A stretch of DNA of 62,306 bases, filler included. It is 4 parts of 4 records of this genome, joined end to end, with 100 filler letters (N's around TTAATTAATTAA, not from the genome) between each part and the next. Parts side by side here need not be neighbours in the genome. Positions count along the whole stretch, not along the records: positions 37,657 to 52,772 come from SRR31156797_8961; 3 more parts are not named here. One strand, 5' to 3'. This document shows, in pieces, positions 41,336 through 52,772 of the stretch (positions within the stretch are counted from its first letter, which is position 1; each line of letters starts with the position of its first letter). The translations under genes and the position numbers were made by a program. The notes beneath the pieces are model-generated. The model had not been told where the DNA came from and ran no database searches. It saw nothing but the letters and a program-made list of their open reading frames with translations.

Positions 41336-42283
41336 CTAGAGAGTGGGCGTTTGTGTTAAATGTACGGAGTGTTCAACTTCACCATTTAGGTGTTGAATCA
41401 ACAGGTTAGCTGCTTGCTCACCGGCTTCTCGATAACCGGGATCGACGCTGTAAACCTTGGGGAATAAAAACGATAACATTTCATTACCACCAACTCCAGT
41501 CACGACGACATCTTCGCGCTGACGTTCCTGTAAACGCTTAATCACGCCCATTGCTAATGTATCGCTGGCACAGACGATCGCTTGAGTATCGTCTTTTAGT
41601 ACCAGATCGACAAGCTGGTAAGCATTTTCATATTTAAGCTGACCCGTTTGATAATTCGCTTGGCGCTGATGTTGTTCACACCAATCCAAATAGGCCTGTA
41701 AACGCATCGCTCCGGTTGTGGTGTCTTGAGGGTCGACACCGATGAATGCAATCTCAGACAATCCCTGTTGTTTCACATAACTAAGGGCTTGATTGATGAT
41801 ACCTAAATTATCGTAATTGATAGAAGAGACGTGCTCAGAATAAGTCGCGATGACAACCGCTTTTGATTGCCAAGCATTTAACGCCTCAGTATCTAAATCG
41901 GTAAAACCAAAGATAATCACGCCATCCACATTACGCTTTAGCAATACATCTAGGTGCTCATTAGTTTTATGGCGATCAAACTGACTCTCCATGATTACGA
42001 CGTCATAACCATTGGCGTAGAGGATTTCAAGCATACTGCTGACTGAACGGTTTTCAGATGGCGAGTCTAGACGTGAGATGATCACACCGACCACTTTCTG
42101 GCTGCCACCGCGCATCGACTGAGCAGACTTAGAAGGAACGTATCCAGATTCAGAAATCACTCGTTCCACTTTTTCACGAGTTTCTGGTTTTACTTTTGGA
42201 TCATTGGTTAGCACCCGTGAAACCGTTGATTTCCCGACGCCTGACAACCTTGCTATATCTAAAATGGTAAGTTTTTTGCTCAT
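41336..42283 (-). CDS. treR: Trehalose operon repressor (LacI family)
   Basis: LTILDIARLSGVGKSTVSRVL; SRLDSPSEN; start MSKKL at 42283. Confidence 0.93.
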   Translation of the reverse strand: MSKKLTILDIARLSGVGKSTVSRVLTNDPKVKPETREKVERVISESGYVPSKSAQSMRGGSQKVVGVIISRLDSPSENRSVSSMLEILYANGYDVVIMESQFDRHKTNEHLDVLLKRNVDGVIIFGFTDLDTEALNAWQSKAVVIATYSEHVSSINYDNLGIINQALSYVKQQGLSEIAFIGVDPQDTTTGAMRLQAYLDWCEQHQRQANYQTGQLKYENAYQLVDLVLKDDTQAIVCASDTLAMGVIKRLQERQREDVVVTGVGGNEMLSFLFPKVYSVDPGYREAGEQAANLLIQHLNGEVEHSVHLTQTPTL

Positions 42284-42352
42284 GAATACATCTGTGACGT
42301 TAAAAAGCGGTGGTAAACCACCGCACAACTTAGAGTTTATATAAACAGATAA

Positions 42353-42697
42353 TCACTCAGCTCGGCAAGTTTTATAAATAATGCCTTTCACTTCGAGCCT
42401 AGCGTCATCACCTTTAGTAAACAAAGTCACCGGGTTAAGAACTAAGGCTGTGTGGTCATCCAAAATATATTTAGCTCCGGAGCCAGAAGGAATGCGAACT
42501 AAACGATAATAACTTTCTGAGGTTTTTAATACCGCATTTTCCGCAGAGACAAAAGCAACATCGAACCGCTTTGCGTCGTCACATTGATAATGCTTAAAAT
42601 CACTCTCTTTAACTTGAAGTCCATCGACTTCAATCGAACTAGAACATGCCGTTACCGCCATCAAGCAGAATGCGACCACGAGATAATATTTATTCAT
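42353..42697 (-). CDS. MliC-family lysozyme-inhibitor-like lipoprotein
   Basis: Lipobox VTAC, YQC, SGSGAKY, TKGDDA, C-terminal Cys. Confidence 0.75.
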   Translation of the reverse strand: MNKYYLVVAFCLMAVTACSSSIEVDGLQVKESDFKHYQCDDAKRFDVAFVSAENAVLKTSESYYRLVRIPSGSGAKYILDDHTALVLNPVTLFTKGDDARLEVKGIIYKTCRAE

Positions 42698-42790
42698 GAT
42701 GATTCCCCTTTGCAAAGTATAAAGGCCGCGTAAGCGACCTCTTAATACCCAATCCAGTAATCACACATCAGCCTATTACTGGCAGTGGTA

Positions 42791-43348
42791 TTATTTGTGC
42801 TCTATTAAATAGTTAGGCACATCGCGCAAACTGTCCAGTACCACTGTAGCGATATTTTCGCCTCTTTCGGTTACGGGTTTACCTGTGCGAACCAAGATCT
42901 TGGTCGTGACACCGGCAGCCTCTGCCGCCATTAAGTCTTCAGGTTTATCACCGACCATCACCGAGTTTGCCATATCGATATCAAGAAAATCGCGAGCTGA
43001 GATAAACATGCCTGGTTTTGGCTTACGACAGTTACAATCTTCTTTGTATTTACCTTGACCATGCTCTGGATGATGAGGACAGTAATAGATACCATCCAGC
43101 TCTACGCCGTTATCAACAAAGTTCCAATCCATCCACTGTGTTAACGAAAGAAAACGGTCTTCACTGAAATAGCCACGCGCTATTCCAGCCTGATTAGTCA
43201 CTAATACCAACAAGTAACCCATCTCTTGCAGTTTCTTTGTTGCTTCAAAAACGCCTTCAATAAAATCGAAGTCATGCTCATCAGAAACATAACCGTGATC
43301 GATATTAATCACACCATCACGGTCTAAAAACACAGCTGGTTTTGCCAA
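42791..43348 (-). CDS. gmhB: D-glycero-D-manno-heptose 1,7-bisphosphate phosphatase
   Basis: [20 protein letters not shown]...CNCRKPKPG; divergent from metN; TTG start at 43348 assumed. Confidence 0.93.
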   Translation of the reverse strand: MAKPAVFLDRDGVINIDHGYVSDEHDFDFIEGVFEATKKLQEMGYLLVLVTNQAGIARGYFSEDRFLSLTQWMDWNFVDNGVELDGIYYCPHHPEHGQGKYKEDCNCRKPKPGMFISARDFLDIDMANSVMVGDKPEDLMAAEAAGVTTKILVRTGKPVTERGENIATVVLDSLRDVPNYLIEHK

Positions 43349-43535
43349 AATTCTATTCTCAGTCAAGTCTATATAGGCGAATTATTATATAACTTTGCAT
43401 GGGAATCCATTCCTACCGCGATTTATCTTGAACTGATTTCGTTAGTGGGAAGTGTGAATCCTGCATTTTGAGGTTTACGCTTTATTTCTTTCGTCACTAT
43501 CTAATTACCTAACAGTATCGATGCAAAACTCGTTT

Positions 43536-43551
43536 AGACGTCTAGACGTAA
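43536..43551. promoter_or_regulatory. Tandem MetJ boxes
   Basis: AGACGTCT-AGACGTAA (one perfect and one 6/8 Met box) upstream of metNIQ. Confidence 0.9.
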
Positions 43552-43743
43552 AAATATCTATTGACTTGATCTACGTAAAACCATAGCATCCCCTACCAAG
43601 TGAGAACGAGTTCAAAATTTTATTCTAGAGCTGCTACAGTCAATAGTGTTTGGCTTTAAGTACCAAAACGTTACTCGAACAAAATAACCAAATCATCTCC
43701 AAGTCTATTCATACATTTGGGGTATCCCTGAGAAGGTTTTTAA

Positions 43744-44778
43744 ATGATTGAAATTAGCAAAGTCAATAAGGTGTTCTATCAAGGCGATAGAGAAATTAAT
43801 GCCTTAAAAGACATCAACCTTAACATTGCACAAGGCACCATTTTTGGTGTTATTGGTTCTTCAGGTGCTGGTAAAAGTACTCTGATCCGTTGTGTAAACA
43901 TGCTTGAACGCCCGACGAATGGAAGCGTAATAGTAGATGACGTTGATCTAACCAAGCTAAGTTCAAAGCAGCTCAGTGAAGCTCGCCGTAACATCGGCAT
44001 GATCTTCCAGCACTTCAACCTACTTTCATCACGAACTGTGTTTGAAAACATCGCATTGCCACTTGAGCTAGCTGGCCAGGCAGCGACTCATATTGAGACT
44101 AAAGTTTCTGAATTACTTAAACTGGTTGGACTCGGGGACAAGCGTGATACTTATCCAGCCAACTTAAGTGGTGGTCAGAAACAACGTGTCGCGATTGCTC
44201 GCGCACTCGCATCGGATCCAAAAGTACTGCTGTGTGATGAGGCAACCAGTGCACTAGACCCAGCAACGACGCAGTCGATTCTGGAGCTATTAAAAAAGAT
44301 TAACCGTAAGTTAAACATCACCATTCTATTGATCACTCACGAAATGGATGTAGTGAAAAGCATCTGTCACGAAGTGGCAATTATCGGTGACGGTGAATTA
44401 GTTGAAAAAGGCACAGTTGGTGAAATTTTTGCTCACCCTAAAACTGAGCTGGCACACCAATTTATTCGTTCAACATTAGATTTATCGATTCCTGACGATT
44501 ACCAGTCACGTTTGCAACAAACTCGAGTTGAAGGTAGCTACCCGTTAGTTCGCCTTGAATTTACTGGCGCTACCGTCGATGCACCTCTGATGTCGCAGAT
44601 TTCTCGTAAGTTCAATATCGACGTAAGCATCTTAAGCTCAGACCTTGATTACGCTGGCGGTGTGAAGTTCGGCATGATGGTCGCTGAGATCTTCGGTAAT
44701 GAAGAAAACGACAACGCTGCAATTCAATTCCTACGTGACAATAAAGTAAAAGTAGAGGTGCTTGGTTATGTCCTTTAA
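43744..44778 (+). CDS. metN: Methionine ABC transporter ATPase
   Basis: [26 protein letters not shown]-terminal NIL domain. Confidence 0.96.
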   Translation: MIEISKVNKVFYQGDREINALKDINLNIAQGTIFGVIGSSGAGKSTLIRCVNMLERPTNGSVIVDDVDLTKLSSKQLSEARRNIGMIFQHFNLLSSRTVFENIALPLELAGQAATHIETKVSELLKLVGLGDKRDTYPANLSGGQKQRVAIARALASDPKVLLCDEATSALDPATTQSILELLKKINRKLNITILLITHEMDVVKSICHEVAIIGDGELVEKGTVGEIFAHPKTELAHQFIRSTLDLSIPDDYQSRLQQTRVEGSYPLVRLEFTGATVDAPLMSQISRKFNIDVSILSSDLDYAGGVKFGMMVAEIFGNEENDNAAIQFLRDNKVKVEVLGYVL

Positions 44779-45445
44779 TAACATTGCTAGCTGGTTATCA
44801 CTGAATGGTGACCTACTTCTAACAGCAACTTGGCAGACAGTCTATATGGTAGCTGTTGCAGGTATTATTGGTTTTGCGTTGGGTATTCCTCTAGGGGTCA
44901 TTCTACACACGACCAAGAAAGGTGGCTTACTAGAAAACACTAAGTTGAACGGCGTGTTAGGTGCAATTGTAAACATTGGCCGTTCTGTACCTTTCCTGGT
45001 CTTGATGGTGGCGATTATCCCAGTAACGAAATTACTGGTCGGTACGTTCATCGGTACAACCGCAGCTATCGTACCTTTGACGATTGGTGCTATCCCATTT
45101 GTCGCACGATTAATCGAAGGGGCTCTGCTGGAAGTACCAACTGGATTAGTTGAAGCGGCTCAATCTATGGGCGCAACACCTATGCAGATTATCAACAAAG
45201 TATTGTTGCCAGAAGCAATGCCAACCATTTTGAACTCAGTGACGATTACACTGGTAACACTGGTGAGCTACTCAGCGATGGCAGGTACTGTTGGTGGCGG
45301 TGGCTTAGGCGACGTAGCCATCCGTTACGGCTTCCACCGATATGATGTGGTGATTATGGCGGTAACCGTCGTGATGCTTATCGTTCTGGTACAAATTATT
45401 CAGTCTATTGGCGACGCATTTGTGCGCCGTGTAGACCACAGATAG
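44768..45445 (+). CDS. metI: Methionine ABC transporter permease
   Basis: [29 protein letters not shown]. Confidence 0.95.
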   Translation: MSFNNIASWLSLNGDLLLTATWQTVYMVAVAGIIGFALGIPLGVILHTTKKGGLLENTKLNGVLGAIVNIGRSVPFLVLMVAIIPVTKLLVGTFIGTTAAIVPLTIGAIPFVARLIEGALLEVPTGLVEAAQSMGATPMQIINKVLLPEAMPTILNSVTITLVTLVSYSAMAGTVGGGGLGDVAIRYGFHRYDVVIMAVTVVMLIVLVQIIQSIGDAFVRRVDHR

Positions 45446-45505
45446 ACACACAAATTAAACAATTACAGACAAGTCAAAGAATTTGTTTCTAACAAGGAGA
45501 TTATC

Positions 45506-46315
45506 ATGAAACTTAGCCTTAAAAGTTTACTGACCATTGCAGCGGCAGCATCAACATTAGTTCTTGCTGGCTGTGGTGACAAAGAAGTTGATACAAGCAA
45601 AGTAAAAATCGGCGTTATCGCTGGTGCAGAAGCTCAAGTAGCAGAAGTTGCCGCTAAAGTCGCTAAAGAAAAATACGACCTAGACGTTGAACTAGTGACA
45701 TTCACTGACTACGTAACACCAAATGCGGCTTTGGATGACGGTTCTATTGATGCAAACGCATTCCAACACAAACCATACCTAGATCAACAAATTGCTGACC
45801 GTGGTTACAAACTGTCTATCGCTGGTAACACTTTCGTTTACCCAATCGCAGGTTACTCTAAGCAAGTTAAAGCTGTTGACGAAATTCAAGATGGCGCTCG
45901 TATCGCTGTACCAAACGACCCAACAAACCTTGGTCGCTCTCTGCTACTTCTTGAGCAACAAGGTCTACTAAAATTACGTGAAAACGTGGGTCTACTAGCA
46001 ACAGTACGTGACATCGTAGAAAACCCGAAAAACATTGAAATCGTAGAACTAGACGCAGCACAGCTACCTCGTTCTCTGGATGATGTTGCTCTTTCTATCA
46101 TCAACACAACTTACGCGAGCTCAATCAACCTAACTCCTGAGAAAGACGGTGTATTTGTTGAAGACAAAGAGTCTCCATACGTAAACCTTCTTGTTGCTCG
46201 TGAAGACAATGTAAACGCTGAAAACGTACAAAACTTCCTAAAAGCTTACCAAACTGAAGAAGTTGCAACAGCGGCATCTGATATCTTCCAAGGTGGCGCA
46301 GTTAAAGGTTGGTAA
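45506..46315 (+). CDS. metQ: Methionine ABC transporter substrate-binding lipoprotein
   Basis: Lipobox LAGC, FTDYVTPN, NAFQHKPYL, PNDPTNLGR. Confidence 0.95.
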   Translation: MKLSLKSLLTIAAAASTLVLAGCGDKEVDTSKVKIGVIAGAEAQVAEVAAKVAKEKYDLDVELVTFTDYVTPNAALDDGSIDANAFQHKPYLDQQIADRGYKLSIAGNTFVYPIAGYSKQVKAVDEIQDGARIAVPNDPTNLGRSLLLLEQQGLLKLRENVGLLATVRDIVENPKNIEIVELDAAQLPRSLDDVALSIINTTYASSINLTPEKDGVFVEDKESPYVNLLVAREDNVNAENVQNFLKAYQTEEVATAASDIFQGGAVKGW

Positions 46316-46343
46316 TCATAACTCTTTTATGATTGAACCATTG

Positions 46344-46370
46344 AAAAGGGCTCCGACTGGAGCCCTTTTT
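46344..46370. terminator. Bidirectional terminator
   Basis: AAAAGGGCTCC-GACT-GGAGCCCTTTTT. Confidence 0.85.
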
Positions 46371-46385
46371 GTATCGCTAACAAAC

Positions 46386-47162
46386 TTATTTCAAATGATC
46401 CCAAGAGATATTAGACACTATCCGGCAGTTATCGCATTTGAAATGGAAGATATCGTGAAGGGGTTCTTCCTGTAGCCATTCTCCACCACACTTAGGGCAA
46501 GGACGTGCCTTTTCATCCGCCAGACTTTTTCCGCCTACTCGATACTGGTAGTAATAAGTCGGAATGTTGGTGATGTATTCAATTCGTTTACTGAGATCCC
46601 ATCCTCGACGGAACAAGTCACTATCGACCTCACAAATCTCTTTTAATGCCGCATGCTCGGCTTTACAGCCACCAGCCATTTGGAGTTCATCACACGCTTG
46701 CCACTCTGTTTGCCACTTAATGACCGCTTTATGATCGCCATTAAAGGTAGGAGCATTACGATATAGCGGAATTGGTAGCAAGGTTTCTCCACTTCTTAGA
46801 GGCGAGCAAGTGTGGACATAAGTGGTATAAAGTACCTGCCAGCTTGGTGTTTCTTCTTCCGCAGCTTGCTCTGAGTTTAAATCTCGTCCCAATAGCCTGA
46901 TTTTAGGCGTAAGCAAACAAGCATCAGCTAATCGATTAAAGCAAACCTTAACAAAATCAGAGTGATTCTTAGGATGCAGGCTGTCTTTTTCCGGGCAAAC
47001 AGCTCGAACGCTGAATTCCCCATCGCCCATGATTGCAGGGAATTCCCGGCCAAGGACTTGCCCGTTGTAACGCAATGCGTCCATTAATCCGTTAATCGCT
47101 TTATCAACGGCGCTAATCGTAGTGTTATCGAAACACTCAAACTCAAGTTCAACCACGTACAT
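46386..47162 (-). CDS. Zn-ribbon-containing protein (DUF2310-like)
   Basis: C-terminal CPKCG...FKCDNC; YNGQVLGRE; overlaps the syd stop by 1 nt. Confidence 0.8.
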   Translation of the reverse strand: MYVVELEFECFDNTTISAVDKAINGLMDALRYNGQVLGREFPAIMGDGEFSVRAVCPEKDSLHPKNHSDFVKVCFNRLADACLLTPKIRLLGRDLNSEQAAEEETPSWQVLYTTYVHTCSPLRSGETLLPIPLYRNAPTFNGDHKAVIKWQTEWQACDELQMAGGCKAEHAALKEICEVDSDLFRRGWDLSKRIEYITNIPTYYYQYRVGGKSLADEKARPCPKCGGEWLQEEPLHDIFHFKCDNCRIVSNISWDHLK

Positions 47163-47713
47163 TAAGCGTCTACCTTAGGCTCAAGTTGCAGCAGGAAACT
47201 TTCTACATCGTCAGTGAGTACTTCGCGCTTATCGGTACCAACGGTTTCCAACACAACGTTACCAGTTAAATTGCAGATAGAGACAATTTCCATCTCATCT
47301 TCAGTGGTCGCGATGAACACTGTGGGTTTTAACTTCAAACGACGCTGCATCACCAGATGACCAAGAATATTTTCCTGTAAACGCTCAAAGTCTTCATCAC
47401 TCCAAACTTGCAATAAGTTTAGCCAGTTACCACGCCAAGTCGCTTGCATATCTGCAGCAAACTGGCTGCCGTAAAAAACATGAATGTCTTCATGCAAACC
47501 GATCTCAATCCCTTTTTCTACATTGGATAAATCCACTGAGGTTTCTCTTCGAACAGGTTTCCAATACACACTATGTGCCAGCTTTTGTTCCACGCACGGT
47601 GACACCCAATCCATCAACTCTTCGTTTTCTGGTAGATGTTGATGCTCTGACTGATAGGCATCAAGGTAGCGTTGACTAAACGTATACAAGGCTTCTGCAA
47701 CAGAATGCGCCAT
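47162..47713 (-). CDS. syd: SecY-interacting protein Syd
   Basis: LLQVWSDEDFERLQENILGHLVMQRRLKLKPTVFIA; divergent from queF; start MAHSV. Confidence 0.92.
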   Translation of the reverse strand: MAHSVAEALYTFSQRYLDAYQSEHQHLPENEELMDWVSPCVEQKLAHSVYWKPVRRETSVDLSNVEKGIEIGLHEDIHVFYGSQFAADMQATWRGNWLNLLQVWSDEDFERLQENILGHLVMQRRLKLKPTVFIATTEDEMEIVSICNLTGNVVLETVGTDKREVLTDDVESFLLQLEPKVDA

Positions 47714-47812
47714 GAAAATCTCCATTATTGCTAAAGGTATCGGGTCTGTTGATGACACAGACTTCGGTATTGCGTAAAATTCTGCTTATTCTAATCGAAT
47801 TAAGCATTAAGT

Positions 47813-48658
47813 ATGAGCAAATATTCCGATGCCAAAGAGTTAGCGGGTCTAACTTTGGGCAAAAAAACCGATTATGCCAACCAATATGACCCATCGCTAT
47901 TGCAACCCGTCCCACGCAGTTTAAATCGTGATGACTTAAATTTAGGTGACGAATTACCGTTCAAAGGTTGTGATATCTGGACTCTATACGAATTGTCATG
48001 GCTAAACAGTAAAGGTCTGCCTCAAGTGGCTATCGGTGAAGTTGCTATACCTGCGACCAGCGCTAATTTGATTGAATCTAAATCCTTCAAACTGTACCTA
48101 AACAGCTTCAACCAAACTCAATTTTCAGACTGGCAACAAGTCGAAGAGTGCTTGCGTAAAGATTTATCTCATTGCGCGGGTGAAAGCGTTGAAGTCAGCG
48201 TTAAACCGCTCAGTGACTACACTGGCGAACCCATTGTTTCGATGAGAGGTGACTGTATTGATGACCAAGACATCGAAATCACCAGCTATGATTTTGATGA
48301 AACACTATTGGCCGAAGCCGCAGAAGACGTTATCGTGTCAGAAACCCTTCATAGTCATCTATTAAAATCGAACTGTTTGATCACCAATCAACCCGACTGG
48401 GGGAGCGTAGAGATCAATTATCGTGGTCGCAAGATTAACCGCGAAGCACTGTTACGTTACATTGTCTCTTTCCGAGAGCACAATGAATTCCATGAACAGT
48501 GTGTTGAACGCATTTTTACTGATATCACGCGCTACTGCCAGCCAGAACACCTAACCGTGGTCGCACGATACACTCGACGTGGTGGTTTAGACATCAACCC
48601 GTATCGTTCAACGCAACAAGCAGCACCTGAACACAACAAACGTATGGCTCGTCAATAA
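47813..48658 (+). CDS. queF: 7-cyano-7-deazaguanine reductase (type II)
   Basis: [44 protein letters not shown]. Confidence 0.97.
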   Translation: MSKYSDAKELAGLTLGKKTDYANQYDPSLLQPVPRSLNRDDLNLGDELPFKGCDIWTLYELSWLNSKGLPQVAIGEVAIPATSANLIESKSFKLYLNSFNQTQFSDWQQVEECLRKDLSHCAGESVEVSVKPLSDYTGEPIVSMRGDCIDDQDIEITSYDFDETLLAEAAEDVIVSETLHSHLLKSNCLITNQPDWGSVEINYRGRKINREALLRYIVSFREHNEFHEQCVERIFTDITRYCQPEHLTVVARYTRRGGLDINPYRSTQQAAPEHNKRMARQ

Positions 48659-48674
48659 AAGGATTTAACTCAGG

Positions 48675-50942
48675 ATGGGATTTTTTCGCTGGAAGCATTG
48701 GTTTTCTCTAGCTCTTCTGTCTTTATCTGCTCTCGCTCATGGTGCTGTTCATTCATCACCAACACTGAATGAAGCTGAAAGTCTGATAGATATATCACCA
48801 CTACAAGCCAAAGAGCTGGCCAATAGTTATCTGTCAGAGAGAAAAATGGCAGAAACGGCCGAACAGAGCCCATCCACCATTGCACGTGACGAGACAGACA
48901 GTCGTATTCGTACGCCAGCCAACACGGTGACGGCGATAAAAATCCTGGCACAAGCAGAATTTAATCTCGGCTACGCTGTCTCTGCGTACAGACTATTGGA
49001 CGAAGCCTACAAACTTTCCCAACAGTTCAATCTGCCTTACATGCAAATTGAAATTCAAGTCCTTCAAATCCGCCTGCGCTGGCTAGAAGATAGCGACGCC
49101 AGTGCCGCACGCGAAAAGTTGCGTGAAATTAGCGAACAATATCAATCCATAAAAAGCATTGAAAACCTCACTGGTGGCATTGGTTACCAGATGAAGCTAC
49201 TTCGAGCTGAAATAGCCTCAAAAGCCAACGATATCGAACTAGCAAATAAGCTTTTCAGTGAGTTAAAACCCGATATTGAGCGTCTACAATCAGGCACATC
49301 AAAAATTGAATATCACATCACTGTCGGCCATCACTATCTCACCCATGAACGATATAACCTTGCGTTGTCTGAGCTTCTGGTGGCGTACTGGAGTGCAATA
49401 GAGGTCAATGCCAGTGCTTTGCTGGCCAAGACAAACACTCTGTTAGCGCAGGTGTTTTATGAAAGACGAGTGTTAGATAAGGCGCTTGTTCACCTTTCTC
49501 AAGCTGCAGATTTTTATGACAACTATAAGAGCTCTCCAAAGTTAGCTTCTGTACTAAAGAGTATGGGAGACGTTTACTACAATCTCGGAAAGTACAACCT
49601 TGCGTTAGTGCATTACTTCAATGTTATCGACCATGAAGGAAACGATAACAATATCGAAAGCGTGATTGAAACTCGGCTGAATCTTGCGGCGACCTATCTT
49701 CAGCTGTACAACTACCCGCTAGCAGAACAATATCTTTTAAGAGCTGAAGAGTTACTGCAGTACGCCGATATTCCACGACTAAAAGGAAAAGTCTCGTTAC
49801 TTACTGCAGGTTTAGCCTATCACCAGAATAAGAGTGATCTGGTCATTCAAAGTGCTAAGAATGCTTTAGTCATCAGCCAAACAATTGCCAACAAAGAGAT
49901 CGAGCAACAAGCCTACCTGTTACTCTCTCTGGGCTATGAACAACTTGGGGAATTCTCACTGGCTCTCGAAACGATGAAACGCAGTCAAGTGCTAGAACGG
50001 ATTCATCAGGAAAAACTGAACCAAATTAGTGAAGATGCTTTCCGTCAACAAAAAGAGTTTGTAGAGCAAACCTTGCACCTCGAAGGGCAAGAGCAAGAAC
50101 TAAAAGAAACCAAACGAGAGTTTAATAAGTTACAAAAACTCACCTTTACCCTGTTTATTATCGCCGGAGCACTATTTTTAGTCGTTCTGCGTCGAAGTTA
50201 TATCATTCAAACGCAAAAAGAAGAGATTGAAGAACTCAATACCAACTTGTTTACCCACTCTCGCTCTCGATTGCGTAATTTAAGAATGCTGAATGCGAAA
50301 TTGCCTAACTCGCTGCAGAAAAGTAGCCAAAATTTTGAACAGTGGCATATTGGCGAACTGATCCATGAACCGCTTAATGATCGTTTAAGGTTCGCCATGG
50401 TGGATATTCCATTCCTGCGTAATATGTACCTACAGCATGGTTATACCGCAGGGTTAGAGTTGGAGCACGCCTTTGGTGAGTTCTTAAAAACCAAGATCAA
50501 TGATCCAGCACGACTGTACCACTTCTCTGATGCTAACTTGCTCTACATAGAACCCAACATTGATCGCAACAGTCCTCCTGAAGAGATGTTTGAGAAAGTA
50601 CAGCAATGGATCAAAGAGTTCCAACCGCAACGTCGCCTCAACCGGATCATCAGGATGGGTATTACGGATTATCCTTTCTTACCGAGAGCGTATACAGCAA
50701 TTAATGATAAAGAACTATTGGACATATTATTGATGGCCACCAGTGCTGCTCGTGATCTTAGTATGAAGGAAAGTTGCTCACATTGGGTGTATCTCAAAGC
50801 GATTGATAATGCCCCTGCGGCGAGTTTTGCATCAAACAACATGCGTAAATCATGTCGACTTGCGATAAACCAAGGATTGATAAAAGTTCATTCTTCGCAT
50901 AATAATGAGGACAATATCAAAAAAATCTTAAAAGATGGCTAA
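48675..50942 (+). CDS. Periplasmic TPR membrane protein with a degenerate GGDEF-like cytoplasmic domain
   Basis: Signal peptide, TPR-like repeats, single TM; THSRSRLRNLR, HGYTAG, YHFSDANL resemble a decayed GGDEF fold. Confidence 0.7.
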   Translation: MGFFRWKHWFSLALLSLSALAHGAVHSSPTLNEAESLIDISPLQAKELANSYLSERKMAETAEQSPSTIARDETDSRIRTPANTVTAIKILAQAEFNLGYAVSAYRLLDEAYKLSQQFNLPYMQIEIQVLQIRLRWLEDSDASAAREKLREISEQYQSIKSIENLTGGIGYQMKLLRAEIASKANDIELANKLFSELKPDIERLQSGTSKIEYHITVGHHYLTHERYNLALSELLVAYWSAIEVNASALLAKTNTLLAQVFYERRVLDKALVHLSQAADFYDNYKSSPKLASVLKSMGDVYYNLGKYNLALVHYFNVIDHEGNDNNIESVIETRLNLAATYLQLYNYPLAEQYLLRAEELLQYADIPRLKGKVSLLTAGLAYHQNKSDLVIQSAKNALVISQTIANKEIEQQAYLLLSLGYEQLGEFSLALETMKRSQVLERIHQEKLNQISEDAFRQQKEFVEQTLHLEGQEQELKETKREFNKLQKLTFTLFIIAGALFLVVLRRSYIIQTQKEEIEELNTNLFTHSRSRLRNLRMLNAKLPNSLQKSSQNFEQWHIGELIHEPLNDRLRFAMVDIPFLRNMYLQHGYTAGLELEHAFGEFLKTKINDPARLYHFSDANLLYIEPNIDRNSPPEEMFEKVQQWIKEFQPQRRLNRIIRMGITDYPFLPRAYTAINDKELLDILLMATSAARDLSMKESCSHWVYLKAIDNAPAASFASNNMRKSCRLAINQGLIKVHSSHNNEDNIKKILKDG

Positions 50943-51052
50943 TTCCAATCGATTTAACAAACAGATACGATGACGAATCCAATATTTTTGATATTATCGA
51001 GTAATTAGTAAGTAAGATTGAAATCTCCCTAAATCATTTAGCATTATTATAA

Positions 51053-52618
51053 ATGGGCGTATTAGAACAAGATATCCAGATTCAGCTACACCAACTCAGA
51101 ACGCAGTTGGAGCAGACACGTTTTACGCATAGGGATAACTCGATAAAGTTTAAACTCGAGCAGAAAGTCCTTAAGCGATTAGTCGCGTCACTTAGTCTTG
51201 CCTGTAATGGCGAGGACAGTCGTCTCAACCAAAATTTAATGGAATTACGTGAGGCTCTCGAGCAGCAAAAAGACGTCAGCAATTTAATTCCTCGCTTGGC
51301 CGTATTGGAGCGCATGTTGAAGAAGCAAACGTTAGACACCCAAAAGCGAAACCAAAATCTAGACAGTAAAATAAAACACAGCGGTGAAGTGCTGCTGCGA
51401 ATTCCCGGTCTTCCATCCAAAATTAAAAGAGATTTACGCGATCTTCTTAGCTTTTCCGGCGCTCAGAATCTATCCAAATCAGAACAAGCTCTGCGCTTGC
51501 TTTCTATCTATGAACGTTCCGTAAAGATCATTACCAGCAACCCAAATGCAGTCGTCGAAGAACTGACACAAAATGCGGATAAAGAACTGCTGCAAGTTTT
51601 GAGTGAAGAGCTGCAACTACTCATCACAGAGCTGGATTTTGAAGGCGAATCAGGTGAGCTGTTAAGTGATATCAGGGCTAAGTTGCTCATTGGCGTCAAT
51701 ACACAGACTTTACTTGAGTTGACGCTAGAAGTACTGAAGCTTGTGGTTTCAGGAACCAATTACGAACGTAAGACATCTGAAAAATTTTTAGAACAAGTTA
51801 ACTCGTCGCTTTCAACCAACCTAAAAAGCTCAACCCAAAATGTTGAGCAAAGCCAAAGTTACTTTGAGCACCGTAAAGAGATGCACAAAGAACTCAGCGG
51901 CTTGGTATCAAAAAGCCAAACGACCGTCAAAGACGCAACCGAACTCAGTGCATTAAAAAGCGATATTTCGCCACTGATGAGTGAGCTAGCATCACTGTCT
52001 GAACGTCTAACATTGGCGGAAGAACGAGACCAGGCACTGATAGAGCGTATGCAGTATTCCACCAATCAGATGGAAGCGTTGTACGAAATCACCCAAGACT
52101 ATCGCCGCCGATTAGAAGACCAAGCACAACGACTGCTTCAAGATCCTCTTACCAAGGTATACAACCGCACAGCGTTTAGTGATCGTTTAGAACTTGAATA
52201 CCGTCGTTGGATTCGAGCACAACACAACTTGCGCGTTGTGATGCTCGATATTGATCACTTCAAAACGATTAACGACAGTTTCGGTTACACCGCTGGTGAT
52301 AAGGCACTGAAAATTATCGCTCGCACCATTAAAAACAATGTTACCGATACCGATACCGTTGCTCGATTCTCCGGTGAAGAGTTTGTCTTACTGCTGCCAG
52401 AAAAGCATGACTCTGATTGCTATCAAATCGTACAAAAAATTCAGCGCAGCATTTCCAATCTGCCTTTTAAATTCCGTGATAAAAACATCACCATTACGCT
52501 AAGTGCTTCCAGTACGCTATTTAAAGATTCAGACTCACCTGAAATTGTCCTAGAGCGTTTACATACCTCTCTATCCAACAGCAAGAAGTTTGGGCCAAAC
52601 CAAATTACTTGGAAGTAA
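51053..52618 (+). CDS. GGDEF-domain protein with SGEEF motif (CdgG-like)
   Basis: DPLTKVYNR, DIDHFKTINDSFGYTAGD, ARFSGEEF; synteny with queF-syd. Confidence 0.85.
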   Translation: MGVLEQDIQIQLHQLRTQLEQTRFTHRDNSIKFKLEQKVLKRLVASLSLACNGEDSRLNQNLMELREALEQQKDVSNLIPRLAVLERMLKKQTLDTQKRNQNLDSKIKHSGEVLLRIPGLPSKIKRDLRDLLSFSGAQNLSKSEQALRLLSIYERSVKIITSNPNAVVEELTQNADKELLQVLSEELQLLITELDFEGESGELLSDIRAKLLIGVNTQTLLELTLEVLKLVVSGTNYERKTSEKFLEQVNSSLSTNLKSSTQNVEQSQSYFEHRKEMHKELSGLVSKSQTTVKDATELSALKSDISPLMSELASLSERLTLAEERDQALIERMQYSTNQMEALYEITQDYRRRLEDQAQRLLQDPLTKVYNRTAFSDRLELEYRRWIRAQHNLRVVMLDIDHFKTINDSFGYTAGDKALKIIARTIKNNVTDTDTVARFSGEEFVLLLPEKHDSDCYQIVQKIQRSISNLPFKFRDKNITITLSASSTLFKDSDSPEIVLERLHTSLSNSKKFGPNQITWK

Positions 52619-52728
52619 TTTAATTGCGGTGAGTATTTAACCAAACACACCGCAATTACAAGATACATATCACATTTTATGTAGTATGGTGTTCTCTCCT
52701 GCATCTATTCCACACTAGATTCAAACAT

Positions 52729-52772
52729 ATATACTCAAGTGCCCTCAAGATGCAGGATTCAGAGCTGCATCA
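52729..52772 (+). repeat. Possible Vibrionaceae ERIC-like interspersed repeat, truncated by contig end
   Basis: ATATACTCAAGTGCCCTCAAGATGCAGGATTCAG resembles recalled TATACCC...GAGTTGCAGG ERIC left ends; the assembly breaks here. Confidence 0.4.
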
